A stretch of 64,000 bases of DNA from Frankiaceae bacterium (GCA_035468175.1 DATITC010000016.1:8547-72546); one strand, 5' to 3'; positions 1 to 9,454 are shown, counted from the stretch's first letter. Program-made: numbers and translations. Notes: generated by a model from the letters alone, not told the origin.

Positions 1-1
1 C

Positions 2-247
2 GCCGTTCGTCAGCAGCTCAACGAGCTCCCGAACAAGGCCCGTGCGTACTACACCGACTTCGTCGTCCGCGGCCAGAAGCTCGTCACCAACCTCCGCAAC
101 AACCCGGAGGCCAACCAGGCGAAGAACGAGGCCAAGAGCGCCGTGCGTCAGGTCAAGGGTGCGACCACCAGCGCCAAGAACGCCGCCAAGAGTGGCGAGA
201 AGGCTGCCGAGCGCACCGCTGACAAGATCGAGGTCGAGACCCGCTGA
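2..247 (+). CDS. HbhA-like (heparin-binding hemagglutinin family) protein, C-terminal fragment; 5' end lies outside the window
   Basis: Frame 2 is open from the window edge to TGA 245-247 (absent from the ORF track because it has no start). Translation ...NELPNKARAYYTDFVVRGQKLVTNLRNNPEANQAKNEAKSAVRQVKGATTSAKNAAKSGEKAAERTADKIEVETR. Lys/Ala-rich tail as in HbhA-type proteins; strong GC3 bias. Confidence 0.5.
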   Translation, partial: AVRQQLNELPNKARAYYTDFVVRGQKLVTNLRNNPEANQAKNEAKSAVRQVKGATTSAKNAAKSGEKAAERTADKIEVETR

Positions 248-305
248 GCGGATCCCACCTCGCCCGCTGGGTGCGGAGCCTCCACTGGGAGAGTTTCGCA
301 CCTGA

Positions 306-1196
306 GTGAGCACTGACGAAGGCCCCGGGCTACGGCTCGGGGCCTTCGTCGTGTCCGGGTCGTGTCCGCCTCATGGGAGGGGGCAAGACGCTGACGTGCC
401 GCTTCTCCGGACCGAGTCCGCCTCCGTCGAGTACGCCTGCTACGGCAGGGGGAAGCCGGTGACGGTCTTCGCCCACGGCGTGAGCGCGTCCATTCCCGAG
501 ACCCGACCGCTCGCCTCCGGCATCGCCGGCACACGAGTTTTCCTGCACTTCCGCGCCCATGGCGCCTCGGAGGCCTTCGACGACCGCTATGACTACCCGG
601 TCCTCGCCGGAGATCTGCGGGCGGTCGCGGATGCCACGGGCGCCACCCAGGCCCTGGGCGTCTCGATGGGTTCCGCGGCGCTGCTGCATCTGCTGCTCGA
701 CACGCCGGAGCGCTTCGACCGGGCCGTGCTGTTCCTGCCCGCCATCCTCGACCAGCCACGCACCGACGTGGGGTTCGAGCGACTGGAACGGATGGCCGAC
801 CTGATCGACGCCGACGAGGCCGATGAGCTCGCCGCGGAGCTGGCCCAGGACCTCCCCGAGGACCTGAGGGACCGCCCGCACGTCGACCGCTTCGTACGCG
901 ACCGGGCCGAGTCGCTCGTCGGCACCCAGCTGGGCTCGCTGATGCGTGTCCTGCCCACCCAGGTACCGATGAAGGACCGTTCGGAACTGGCCCGCCTGAC
1001 CCTGCCGATGCTCGTCATCGGTCAGGAGGGCGACGACGTGCACCCGGCGTCGGTCGCGAAGGAGATTGCCGCCGAACTACCGAACGCGCAGCTCGAGGTC
1101 TTCTCGGAGGCCTCGGCGCTGTGGGATGACCGCACGGCGTTGCGGCGGCTCCTCGCGGACTTCTTGAACGACGACGAGGGCCGGCAGGATCGGTGA
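306..1196 (+). CDS. alpha/beta hydrolase
   Basis: ORF track. VFAHG oxyanion block and GxSxG elbow (GVSMGSAA). Start uncertain: in-frame GTGs at 351 and 396, with GGGAGGGGG at 375-383. Confidence 0.8.
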   Translation: MSTDEGPGLRLGAFVVSGSCPPHGRGQDADVPLLRTESASVEYACYGRGKPVTVFAHGVSASIPETRPLASGIAGTRVFLHFRAHGASEAFDDRYDYPVLAGDLRAVADATGATQALGVSMGSAALLHLLLDTPERFDRAVLFLPAILDQPRTDVGFERLERMADLIDADEADELAAELAQDLPEDLRDRPHVDRFVRDRAESLVGTQLGSLMRVLPTQVPMKDRSELARLTLPMLVIGQEGDDVHPASVAKEIAAELPNAQLEVFSEASALWDDRTALRRLLADFLNDDEGRQDR

Positions 1197-1338
1197 GCCG
1201 GCTGCTGGGTCGGCTCAGCTACCGCCCGGAACGGGGTTGGGACCCTGCATGTGATCGTGGGGTCACCATCTCCAGACATGCCTGGGTGCTGCCCGGTGAC
1301 GGCTCCGGCTAACGCCGCTGTCGTAGTGGTGCTGTGCC

Positions 1339-2175
1339 TCAGCGGGACCGATCGACCGGCGGCCAGCCCACGGTCAGCTCGCCCAGCCGCCAGCGACGGA
1401 CCCCACCCAGGACCTCCCACCACCCGCTTCGCTGCACCGCCGTTGCCGCGGCGATCCAGCGCTGCCGCGGCCCGAAAACCCCCGCTCCGGCGGCCGCAGC
1501 CCACGCCGCGTCCAGGTCATCGAGCAACGCGTGGACCGGCTCGCCCGGGACGTTGCGGGAGATCAGCGCCTTCGGCAGCCGCTCGGCCAGCTCGGACGGC
1601 TGCCGCAGCGAGGCGAGGTGGGCCGACAGCGTCAGCGAGACGGGCTGTCCGTCCCGTACCAGGAACCAGCACCCACGGCGGCCGATCTCGTCGCAGGTCC
1701 CCTCGACCGCCAACGCACCGGCGGCGGTCATCCGTCGCCACGCGTCCGGGACGGCTGCCTCGTCGTACTGCCGCAGCACGTTCATCGCCCGCACGACCGT
1801 CGGCTTCAGGCCGGCGAGTTCGAATCCGCCGCGGTCGAAGGTCAGCCGGGGTGGGTCCGCCAGGGGCGCGGCGGCGGCCACCCGATCCTGATCGATCTCC
1901 AGGCCGACCACCCGGAGGTCTCGACGCAGGACCGCCAGCCGCGCCGCCATCTCCACGGTGGTGACCGGGGTGGCGCCGTACCCCAGGTCCACGACCAGCG
2001 GATCTGCAGCTGCGCGAAGGACCGGCCCGAGTTCGGCGAGGATCCAGCGGTCCACCCGTCGCAGCCGGTTGGGTGCCGTCGTGCCGCGGGTGGCGAGCCC
2101 CAGTGCACGCGCCCGACCGGCCGCCAGCCGGGATGCCCTTGGCTCCGGATCCCCGGTCGACGTCGCCAATGTCAC
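1339..2175 (-). CDS. SAM-dependent methyltransferase-like protein, divergent from mshA
   Basis: ORF track. VVDLGYGATP motif-I-like block; GTG start at 2175; high GC3. Confidence 0.6.
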   Translation of the reverse strand: MTLATSTGDPEPRASRLAAGRARALGLATRGTTAPNRLRRVDRWILAELGPVLRAAADPLVVDLGYGATPVTTVEMAARLAVLRRDLRVVGLEIDQDRVAAAAPLADPPRLTFDRGGFELAGLKPTVVRAMNVLRQYDEAAVPDAWRRMTAAGALAVEGTCDEIGRRGCWFLVRDGQPVSLTLSAHLASLRQPSELAERLPKALISRNVPGEPVHALLDDLDAAWAAAAGAGVFGPRQRWIAAATAVQRSGWWEVLGGVRRWRLGELTVGWPPVDRSR

Positions 2176-2400
2176 CCGCTCGTTTCCGACCCGTCGGGAT
2201 TCGGACGGGAAGCAGGAGGCATGCCCGGAAGGTTAGGGGTGGCAAGATGAGTCCCAAACACCCGGAGGTATGCCCGCGTGGTCGCGATGCTCCGCTCCCG
2301 TAGCGGGACACACCTCACGTCGGTGCCGCGTCCGGGTATCCGAACGAGCCGTCCGTACCGCCGCTCCGAGGAGCGCTGGGGTGAGTCGCTGCCCCGGCGG

Positions 2401-3651
2401 GTGGCGATGTTGTCGGTGCACACGTCCCCGCTGGACCAGCCCGGCACGGGTGACGCGGGCGGGATGAACGTCTACGTGATGGAACTCAGCCGGCAGCTCG
2501 CCGCGCTCGGCATCGAGGTGGAGATCTTCACCCGGGCCACCCGCAGTGGGCTGCCCCCGCTGGTCCGGATCGAGGACGGTGTGCTCGTCCGGCACGTCAC
2601 CGCCGGACCCTACGAGGGACTGGGCAAGGCGGACCTCCCCGCGCAGATGTGTGCCTTCAGCGCCGAGATGCTGCGGGTCGAGGCAACCCACGAGCCGGGC
2701 TGGTACGACCTGATCCACTCGCACTACTGGCTCTCCGGGCAGGTCGGATGGGTCGCCGCCGAGCGCTGGGGCGTGCCGCTGGTGTCGACGGCGCACACCC
2801 TGGCCAAGGTGAAGAACGCGGCCCTCGCCGAGGGGGACAGCCCGGAACCGCTGGTCCGGGTCATCGGTGAGCAGCAGGTCGTGGACGCGTCCACCCGGCT
2901 GATCGCATCCACCCCGGCCGAAGCGCGGGAGCTGATCGAGCTCTACGACGCGCCCGACAACGCGGTGGACGTGGTCGCGCCCGGCGTTGACCTCGAGGTC
3001 TTCCGGCCCGGTGAGGCGACGGCCGCCCGCACCCGGCTCGGAGTGCCGCCCGACGCGGATCTGCTGCTGTTCGTCGGGCGCCTCCAGCCGCTGAAGGCGC
3101 CCGATGTGCTGCTCGGGGCCGCTGCCGCACTGCTCCGGGACCAGCCCGAGCGGCGACGCGAGCTCGTCGTCGCCGTCCTCGGCGGACCGAGCGGCAGCGG
3201 TCTGGACACCCCGCGGGAGCTGCAGTCACTCGCACACTCGCTCGGCATCGCCGACGTCGTCCGCTTCGAGCCGCCGGTCGCCCACGAGCAGCTGGCCGAC
3301 TGGTACCGCGCCGCGAGCGCGGTCGTGGTCCCGAGCCACAACGAGAGTTTCGGTCTGGTCGCCCTCGAGGCGCAGGCTTGCGGTACGCCGGTCGTCGCCG
3401 CGGCGGTGGGGGGACTGCGGACGGCGGTGCGCAACGACGGCAGCGGCCTCCTCGTCGAAGGGCACGATCCGGTCGACTACGCCCATGCGCTGGCCCGGAT
3501 CCTGGACGAGCCGGGGCTGCGGGACCGGCTGTCGGTCGGTGCGTTCGAGCACGCGACGGGCTTTGGCTGGGCCGCCACCGCCCGCGGCGCGTTGGCGTCG
3601 TACTCGGCGGCCATCGAGTCGCGCTCCGACGGTCTGGCCGCCCTGGCGTAG
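2401..3651 (+). CDS. mshA: D-inositol-3-phosphate glycosyltransferase (mycothiol biosynthesis)
   Basis: Signature [28 protein letters not shown] plus a GT4 C-terminal domain. The ORF is open from 2278, but homologues start near VAMLSVH, so GTG 2401 or ATG 2407 is likely. Confidence 0.9.
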   Translation: MAMLSVHTSPLDQPGTGDAGGMNVYVMELSRQLAALGIEVEIFTRATRSGLPPLVRIEDGVLVRHVTAGPYEGLGKADLPAQMCAFSAEMLRVEATHEPGWYDLIHSHYWLSGQVGWVAAERWGVPLVSTAHTLAKVKNAALAEGDSPEPLVRVIGEQQVVDASTRLIASTPAEARELIELYDAPDNAVDVVAPGVDLEVFRPGEATAARTRLGVPPDADLLLFVGRLQPLKAPDVLLGAAAALLRDQPERRRELVVAVLGGPSGSGLDTPRELQSLAHSLGIADVVRFEPPVAHEQLADWYRAASAVVVPSHNESFGLVALEAQACGTPVVAAAVGGLRTAVRNDGSGLLVEGHDPVDYAHALARILDEPGLRDRLSVGAFEHATGFGWAATARGALASYSAAIESRSDGLAALA

Positions 3652-3696
3652 TCGGTCCGCGTAGTCGCCCAGATCAGGGGCAGGTTCCCGGATCGA

Positions 3697-3742
3697 GACC
3701 CGAGCACGAGCCTTAGCACGAGCCCGAGCACGACCAAGCACG
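3697..3742. repeat. imperfect 12-nt tandem repeat (about 4 copies) in the 5' leader of the ybjN-like gene
   Basis: AGCACG recurs at 3703, 3715, 3727 and 3737 within cccgagcacgag/ccttagcacgag/cccgagcacgac/caagcacg. Confidence 0.7.
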
Positions 3743-3753
3743 GAGGAGGACCG

Positions 3754-4293
3754 ATGCCCGTCCCACGCGCCGGCACGCTCGACCCCGAGGAGCGGGGCAG
3801 GCTCGACGTCCTGCTCAAGGGCACCCTCGACGAGTTGGACCTCTCCTACGAGCGGGTCGAAGAGGGCGCGTTCCTGGTCCGGCTCGAGGGTGAGCACAAG
3901 CTCGCGACGATGACGTGGCTCGTCGTCCAGGACTTCAGCCTGCTGGTCGAGGCGTTCTTCATGCGCAAGCCGGCCGAGAACGAGGGCGGCACCTACGCGT
4001 TCCTGCTGAGCCGGAACGCCCGGACCTACGCGGTGCACTTCTCCATCGACCGGCTCGGCGACATCTACCTGACCGGGCGCTTCCCCCTGGGCGCGGTCAC
4101 AGCGGAGGAGGTCGACCGGATCCTCGGCTCGGTCCGCACCTACGCCGACGAGAACTTCGACCCGGCGCTGCTCCTCGGGTTCCGGGGCGCGATCGAGCGT
4201 GAGCGCACCTGGCGAGCGAAGCTCGCCCGCGAGGCGGGCGGCAAGCCGCCGGAGGGGCTGCTCGGCGGGGCGTCGCTCCCGAACCGCGCGTAA
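3754..4293 (+). CDS. YbjN domain-containing protein
   Basis: ORF track. ATG preceded by GGAGGAGG (3743-3750). Lies between mshA and gpmA as in other actinobacteria (Rv0487-like, from memory). Confidence 0.65.
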   Translation: MPVPRAGTLDPEERGRLDVLLKGTLDELDLSYERVEEGAFLVRLEGEHKLATMTWLVVQDFSLLVEAFFMRKPAENEGGTYAFLLSRNARTYAVHFSIDRLGDIYLTGRFPLGAVTAEEVDRILGSVRTYADENFDPALLLGFRGAIERERTWRAKLAREAGGKPPEGLLGGASLPNRA

Positions 4294-4351
4294 CGCACGC
4301 AACCACAGCCGGCCAACCCCCCCGCCCGCCGGCTGCGGCAGACTGTCCGCC

Positions 4352-5119
4352 ATGCCGACCCTCGTGCTGCTCCGCCACGGCGAGAGCGACTGGAACAAGA
4401 AGAACCTGTTCACCGGATGGGTCGACGTCGACCTTTCCGACGACGGGGTCGAGGAGGCGAGACGAGGGGGCCGGCTGCTGGCCGAGCAGTCGGTGCTGCC
4501 CGAGGTCATGCACACCTCGCTGCTCACCCGGGCGATCCGCACGTCGACGCTGGCGCTCGAGGAGTGCGAGCGGGTCTGGATTCCGGTCCGGCGCTCGTGG
4601 CGGCTGAACGAGCGGCACTACGGCGCGCTGCAGGGCCTCAACAAGGGCGAGACCCGGGAAAAGTACGGCGACGAACAGTTCACGACCTGGCGGCGTTCCT
4701 ACGACACCCCGCCGCCGCCGATCGAGGACGACCAGGAGTCCGGTGTCGACGAGCGCTACGACCTGCTCCCGAGCGATCTGCTGCCGAAGACCGAGTGCCT
4801 GAAGGACGTCCTCGAACGAATGCTGCCGTACTGGTACGACGCGGTCGTGCCGGACTTGCGGGCCGGTTCGGTGACCCTGGTGGTGGCGCACGGCAACTCG
4901 CTGCGGGCGCTGGTCAAGCACCTCGACGGCATCGACGACGACAGCATCAGCGGGCTCAACATCCCCACCGGCATCCCGCTGCGCTACGAGCTCGACGACG
5001 ACTTGAAATCGACCGGCAACTTCGACGCGGCGCTCGGGGTCAGCGGGATCTACTTGGACCCCGACCTCGCCCGGGAGAAAAGCGCTGCCGTCGCCTCGCA
5101 GGGCTCCGGTCCGAAGTAG
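4352..5119 (+). CDS. gpmA: 2,3-bisphosphoglycerate-dependent phosphoglycerate mutase
   Basis: [29 protein letters not shown] with the RHGE catalytic motif. ATG 4352 lies inside the longer track ORF 4199..5119. Confidence 0.93.
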   Translation: MPTLVLLRHGESDWNKKNLFTGWVDVDLSDDGVEEARRGGRLLAEQSVLPEVMHTSLLTRAIRTSTLALEECERVWIPVRRSWRLNERHYGALQGLNKGETREKYGDEQFTTWRRSYDTPPPPIEDDQESGVDERYDLLPSDLLPKTECLKDVLERMLPYWYDAVVPDLRAGSVTLVVAHGNSLRALVKHLDGIDDDSISGLNIPTGIPLRYELDDDLKSTGNFDAALGVSGIYLDPDLAREKSAAVASQGSGPK

Positions 5120-5135
5120 CAGGTCCGAAGTAGCA
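5108..5135. repeat. perfect 14-nt tandem duplication spanning the gpmA stop codon
   Basis: ggtccgaagtagca occurs twice in tandem (5108-5121, 5122-5135). Confidence 0.9.
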
Positions 5136-5208
5136 GGCGCCATCGTCGGCGTCTTGCGTGGCCAAAGCCCCAGCGGACGCTGACGATCCGGGCAGGTCGG
5201 GCTCGGGG

Positions 5209-5967
5209 TCAGGGCTCGACGAGAGGGAGCAGCGCGACGGGCCCGCCCTGGGCCAGCCGGGCGGCGCACAGCCGGTCGAGTTCCTCGAAAGCTTCGTCGC
5301 CGATCAGGGCGCGCAACTCCTCGGCGTAGGTCCGCACGAAGGGGGTCGCGCCGCTGCCGTCCTGCGCGTCGAGGCCGTCGTGCGTGGTGTCGGCACCCGC
5401 GGCATGCGCGCTCCCCGAAGCGCTGCACCACCAGGACAGGTCGGCGCCGCCCTCGCCCCAGCCCGCCCGGCTGAACTCGGTGATCGTCGTGCGGCTGCCT
5501 TCGTCGCCGAGGTCCTCCCACTCCCGGCGTACCGGCACCTGCCAGCAGACCTCAGGCTTGGTCTCGAGGATGCTGCGCCCCTCGCGCTCGGCGAGGTGAT
5601 GCAGGGCGCAGCCGTAATCCGGCCCGGGGGCGCGGTTGAAGAACACGCAGACGTCATCGATGACGCGGGTCTTGCGGGCCGGTTCTCCATCGAGCTCGTC
5701 CGTGACCACCAGCGAGCGGGTGCCGTGCCGTTCCCACGTCGCCCGCGTCAGCTTCTTCGCGTGCCGCTTGACCCGCTTCTCGTCGTCCGCGTCGACGAAG
5801 TAGGCGCCATGGGTGCAGCAGGCGTCGCCGGGCCGCTCCGCGTTGATGCCCCGACAGCCGCGACCGAAGATGCAGGTCCACGTGGACAACAGCCACGTCA
5901 GGTCCGCCCGGATCTCGTGCGTGGGGTCGGCCGGGTCCGGGAAGACGATCCACTCGCGGGCGCTCAC
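5209..5967 (-). CDS. conserved Cys-rich actinobacterial protein (Rv0495c-like by position and memory)
   Basis: C-terminal 252 codons of track ORF 5209..6612. GTG at 5967 gives VSAREWIVFPDPADPTHEIRADLTWLLSTWTCIFGRGCRGI...CCTHGAYF. The upstream part of the ORF is Arg/Pro-rich and looks non-coding. Confidence 0.6.
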   Translation of the reverse strand: MSAREWIVFPDPADPTHEIRADLTWLLSTWTCIFGRGCRGINAERPGDACCTHGAYFVDADDEKRVKRHAKKLTRATWERHGTRSLVVTDELDGEPARKTRVIDDVCVFFNRAPGPDYGCALHHLAEREGRSILETKPEVCWQVPVRREWEDLGDEGSRTTITEFSRAGWGEGGADLSWWCSASGSAHAAGADTTHDGLDAQDGSGATPFVRTYAEELRALIGDEAFEELDRLCAARLAQGGPVALLPLVEP

Positions 5968-6222
5968 GAGCCGGGAGGCTACCGAGTCCTGACCGCTGTC
6001 TCTCACGGGCTCGACGATCGAGATGCGCCGGCGCCGATGCCGTATCGCGCACACCGGCTGGTGTGGTGAGTCGGTCGACGGGTCGGTCTGCGCCGACCGG
6101 CAGGGCCTTTGGCCTCTGGCGCTCCTCGGTCGTGTCGCGCAGAAAGCTGGAGGTGGGACGACCGCCGTGATTGCAATGGCATCCGGATGGGCCCGATGTG
6201 CAAACGATCGGAGGCAAGGCCG

Positions 6223-6966
6223 ATGACGCAGACCACTGCAGCGCCGACAGAGCCGGCCATCGCTGCGAACCCCCTGCTGACCGCCGTGCTGAATCTGTCC
6301 AAATACCACCGTGATCATGAGAAGTACTACTCGTCGTTGCCACGGGAGCAAGCGGTCGCCTTGCAGCGGCACGCCCGCGCGCTCCAGGCACTGGCCGACC
6401 GCTGGTCGACCATTGAGCCCACGCATCGGCACGTGGTCAGCCCTTATGAAGCGGCGGAGGATCTCAACGCGCCTGACGCGGTCCAACTCGAGGGCGTTCT
6501 GTTCCTCGAAGGCGGAGGCCGGCCCGCTGAGATCACCAGGCTGATCCGTGACCTTCGCATCCTCGCCGAAGACGCCATGGCGACAGGTGAGTGGCTGGCC
6601 GAGGCAATGCAAGCCTCGTGGAACATGGCCTCGGCACTCGTGTCATTCGACGGTCTGGCCGACGTACTCGGCGAACGCCATCGGATCATCGCCAACGACT
6701 GGCAGGCGGCGAACATGACCACGCTGGCCGGTCGCATCCTGCTGCGCGCGGCGGAGATGCTCGATGGCATCGACCTCACTCCGCCCGCCGTGCGAGCCGA
6801 CTTGGCCGCTGAACGTGTGGTGCCGGCGCGGTTGTACTCGATCGCAGAGATGGTCGGTCATGCTGCCGACCTCTCCAGCGAGGCCGCAGGCGCTGAGCAC
6901 GACAGCGAACGTCGCTGGCGCACCTTCCGTGCCCGCGTTCAAGAAGTGGCCGCACAGCAGGCGTAG
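6223..6966 (+). CDS. hypothetical protein (predicted all-helical, no motif recognised)
   Basis: ATG 6223 preceded by GGAGG (6210-6214), inside track ORF 6109..6966; high GC3. Confidence 0.6.
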   Translation: MTQTTAAPTEPAIAANPLLTAVLNLSKYHRDHEKYYSSLPREQAVALQRHARALQALADRWSTIEPTHRHVVSPYEAAEDLNAPDAVQLEGVLFLEGGGRPAEITRLIRDLRILAEDAMATGEWLAEAMQASWNMASALVSFDGLADVLGERHRIIANDWQAANMTTLAGRILLRAAEMLDGIDLTPPAVRADLAAERVVPARLYSIAEMVGHAADLSSEAAGAEHDSERRWRTFRARVQEVAAQQA

Positions 6967-7024
6967 CTCGGGGCGACCAGCTGCGTTTTGCACGAAACCG
7001 CTGTCTTCCCGTTTGGTGCGATAC

Positions 7025-7186
7025 TCAGCGGCGGAACAGGCGAGCTAGCCGCGAACCGTCGCGGGCGTCGGGCGGGCAGGCGCAGCGCTCGTTCTGCGGG
7101 ACGCCTGCCAACACCTGCTCGACGTGTCGTCCGCAACCGCTGTAGCTGGCTTTGCCGCAGGTGCGGCATGTCGCTCGACGGCACAT
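7025..7186 (-). CDS. 53-aa Cys-rich microprotein (7 Cys; probable metal-binding)
   Basis: MCRRATCRTCGKASYSGCGRHVEQVLAGVPQNERCACPPDARDGSRLARLFRR. ATG 7186 lies 2 nt after the TGA of the upstream CMD gene (TGA-TC-ATG). It appears in the track only as the tail of a spurious 126-aa ORF. Confidence 0.6.
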   Translation of the reverse strand: MCRRATCRTCGKASYSGCGRHVEQVLAGVPQNERCACPPDARDGSRLARLFRR

Positions 7187-7188
7187 GA

Positions 7189-7599
7189 TCAGCTCACCGG
7201 CGCCTCGGCCGCGGGTGCCGCACCGTCGGCGGGATGCGCCGCCGCGTGAAACTCCTGGAAAGCGGCGTATCCGCGTGGCCCGTAGATGGTGGCCGGACCA
7301 CCGGCCATCAAGATCGCGACACCGATTGCCTCGGCGGCTTCCTGGGGGCTGGCGCCGTGGCGCACGGCGGCATGGGCATGGGCGGCGATGCACCCGTCGC
7401 AGCACTCGCTCACGGCGATGGCGAACGCGATGAGTTCCTTGGTCTTGGTGTCCAGCGCCCCTGGGCTCAGTGCGCTGTCATGCAACGCGGCGAAGCCCTT
7501 GTAGACCTCCGGGATCGCTCGCCGGAGCTCTCGGGAAGGACCGCGCAACGCGTCTTGCACTGCGCTGCCGTACCCGTCATGTCCCGCGTGGTCGCCCAC
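7189..7599 (-). CDS. carboxymuconolactone decarboxylase (AhpD-like) family protein
   Basis: ORF track. TKELIAFAIAVSECCDGCIAAH carries the CxxC redox motif typical of the AhpD/CMD family. Confidence 0.85.
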   Translation of the reverse strand: MGDHAGHDGYGSAVQDALRGPSRELRRAIPEVYKGFAALHDSALSPGALDTKTKELIAFAIAVSECCDGCIAAHAHAAVRHGASPQEAAEAIGVAILMAGGPATIYGPRGYAAFQEFHAAAHPADGAAPAAEAPVS

Positions 7600-7652
7600 T
7601 GGTGCCTCCTTGTTGCGCGGCGTCTAGGGAAGTGCCGATGAACCATTCTCTC

Positions 7653-7668
7653 ATACCCCTGGGGGTGT
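7653..7668. promoter_or_regulatory. G/C-tract inverted repeat in a divergent promoter region
   Basis: ATACCCC-TG-GGGGTGT (6 of 7 arm positions pair), between the CMD operon (-) and the methyltransferase gene (+). Confidence 0.3.
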
Positions 7669-7733
7669 ACGGTTCCCCACGGTACCGCCGGCTCGATCGA
7701 GACTGCGACAGAGGGATGGGTGGGCGAGGAACC

Positions 7734-8351
7734 ATGAGTTTCTACCGCGAGCAGGTCTTGCCCCGCTTGGTCGACCGGGCCTGCGGGGCACGGGGCATGC
7801 GTCGCTGGCGGGTCGACGTGAACGCCGGTCTGACCGGACGGGTGGTCGAGATCGGCTTCGGGTCGGGGTTGAACGTCGAGCACTATCCGCCTGAGGTCCA
7901 GGAGGTGCTGGCCATCGAGCCCGCGGCCCTCGCCCGCCGGCTGGCCACGAAGCGAGTCGACCGGTCCGCGGTGCCCGTCACCCATGTCGGCTTGGATGGG
8001 CAGCGCATCCCGCTGGCGGACGGCAGCTGCGACAGCGCACTCTCGACCTTCACGTTGTGCACCATTCCCGATGTGCGGCAAGCGTTGGTCGAGGTGCGCC
8101 GGGTGCTGCGCCCGGGTGCCCGCCTGCACTTCCTGGAGCACGGCCTCGCGCCCGATCCGGCGGTGGCCGCCTGGCAACGCCGGATCGAACCGTGGCAGCG
8201 ACGGCTGGCCGACGGGTGTCATCTCACCCGCGACCCGGTCGAACTCGTGCGCCAGGCCGGCTTCACCGTCGAGTGGACCGACCAGCGATACGCCAAGGGA
8301 CCGAAGCCGTGGAGCTGGTTCACCGCCGGTGTCGCGAGCAAGCCGACCTAA
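7734..8351 (+). CDS. class I SAM-dependent methyltransferase
   Basis: ATG 7734 preceded by GAGGA. Motif I VVEIGFGSGLN and RVLRPGARLHFLEH. Lies inside track ORF 7470..8351. Confidence 0.85.
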   Translation: MSFYREQVLPRLVDRACGARGMRRWRVDVNAGLTGRVVEIGFGSGLNVEHYPPEVQEVLAIEPAALARRLATKRVDRSAVPVTHVGLDGQRIPLADGSCDSALSTFTLCTIPDVRQALVEVRRVLRPGARLHFLEHGLAPDPAVAAWQRRIEPWQRRLADGCHLTRDPVELVRQAGFTVEWTDQRYAKGPKPWSWFTAGVASKPT

Positions 8352-8389
8352 CTGGGTTGCGCCCACAAGGGACAAGGGCTGGCTATGAC

Positions 8390-8454
8390 GGCTGCCCTGA
8401 CCGCTGGCCCTGACCGCTGGCTCTGACAGCTGGCTCTGACAGCTGGTCCCGACC
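8390..8454. repeat. 13-nt tandem repeat, 5 copies, intergenic upstream of the ppx-like gene
   Basis: ggctgccctgacc / gctggccctgacc / gctggctctgaca / gctggctctgaca / gctggtcccgacc. Confidence 0.9.
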
Positions 8455-8483
8455 CAATGGTCTGGCCGGATACCCTGCCGATC

Positions 8484-9416
8484 ATGCGGTTGGGCGTCCT
8501 GGACGTGGGATCGAACACGATCCACCTCCTCGTCGTCGACGCCCACCCCGGCGCGGCCCCGCTGCCGGCGGCCAGCATCAAGACGCCCCTCCGGCTGTCT
8601 CAGCTGCTCTCCAACGACGGTTCGCTAGGCCCCGAAGGCGCCCGCAAGCTGTGCGACACGCTGGTCGACGCCCGCCGCGAAGCCGAGAAGCTCGGTGCGG
8701 AGGACCTGCTGGCCTTCGCGACGTCGGCCGTGCGGGACGCCACCAACGCGGGCGAGGTCCTCGCCGACGTCCGTCGCCGGAGTGGCGTCGACCTGCAGGT
8801 GCTGCCCGGCGACGACGAGGCGCGACTGACCTTCCTCGCCGTCCGTCGCTGGTTCGGCTGGAGCGCCGGTCGGCTGCTGGCCCTCGACATCGGCGGGGGA
8901 TCGCTCGAGGTCGCCTGCGGCCAGGACGAGGATCCGGACGTCGCGGCCAGCCTTCCGCTCGGTGCCTCCCGCCTCACCCGGGACTGGCTCCCCGGGGACC
9001 CACCCAAGCGCTCCGCCGTCGCGGGGCTCCGTAAGTACGTGAAGGCGCAGGTCGCCGGGCTGGTGCCGCGCCTGTACGAGCTCGGCGAGCCGGACCGCGT
9101 GGTCGCGACGAGCAAGACCTTCCGCTCGCTGGCCCGCATCGCCGGTGCCGCCCCGTACAGCAAGGGGCCCTACGTGCGCCGCGTGCTCACCGCCGCAGAC
9201 GCCGAGGACCTGGTGGGCAGGCTCGCGAAGATGCCCAGCACGCAGCGGACATGTCTGCCGGGTGTCTCCGCCGACCGGGCCGACCAGCTGCTCGCCGGTG
9301 CCGTCGTCGCCGCCGAGGCCATGAACCTGCTCGGCGTCGGCGAACTCGACATCTGCCCGTGGGCGCTGCGGGAGGGCGTCATCCTCCGACGTCTGGACCA
9401 CCTGCAGCCCGGCTAG
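8484..9416 (+). CDS. Ppx/GppA family phosphatase (exopolyphosphatase-like)
   Basis: [21 protein letters not shown]-terminal ATPase-fold motif (Rv0496-like). The ORF is open from 8457. Confidence 0.88.
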   Translation: MRLGVLDVGSNTIHLLVVDAHPGAAPLPAASIKTPLRLSQLLSNDGSLGPEGARKLCDTLVDARREAEKLGAEDLLAFATSAVRDATNAGEVLADVRRRSGVDLQVLPGDDEARLTFLAVRRWFGWSAGRLLALDIGGGSLEVACGQDEDPDVAASLPLGASRLTRDWLPGDPPKRSAVAGLRKYVKAQVAGLVPRLYELGEPDRVVATSKTFRSLARIAGAAPYSKGPYVRRVLTAADAEDLVGRLAKMPSTQRTCLPGVSADRADQLLAGAVVAAEAMNLLGVGELDICPWALREGVILRRLDHLQPG

Positions 9417-9454
9417 TCCGAGTCACCTATGCCGGTGCGGGTCGCGGATAATCT

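Noticed and set aside
1816-1830. GTTCGAATCC, a tRNA T-loop-like string
   Set aside because: It lies inside the methyltransferase coding sequence. I could build no acceptor/anticodon cloverleaf around it.
5968-6612. N-terminal 215 codons of ORF 5209..6612
   Set aside because: Composition is Arg/Pro-rich and unlike the conserved C-terminal body, and the region overlaps the 6223 gene's upstream region. GTG 5967 gives a sensible N-terminus.
8390-8454. Tandem arrays (this one and those at 39959, 47454 and 52308) as possible CRISPR arrays
   Set aside because: The units are 13-23 nt and directly abutting, with no unique spacers. No cas genes are present. They are simple tandem repeats.
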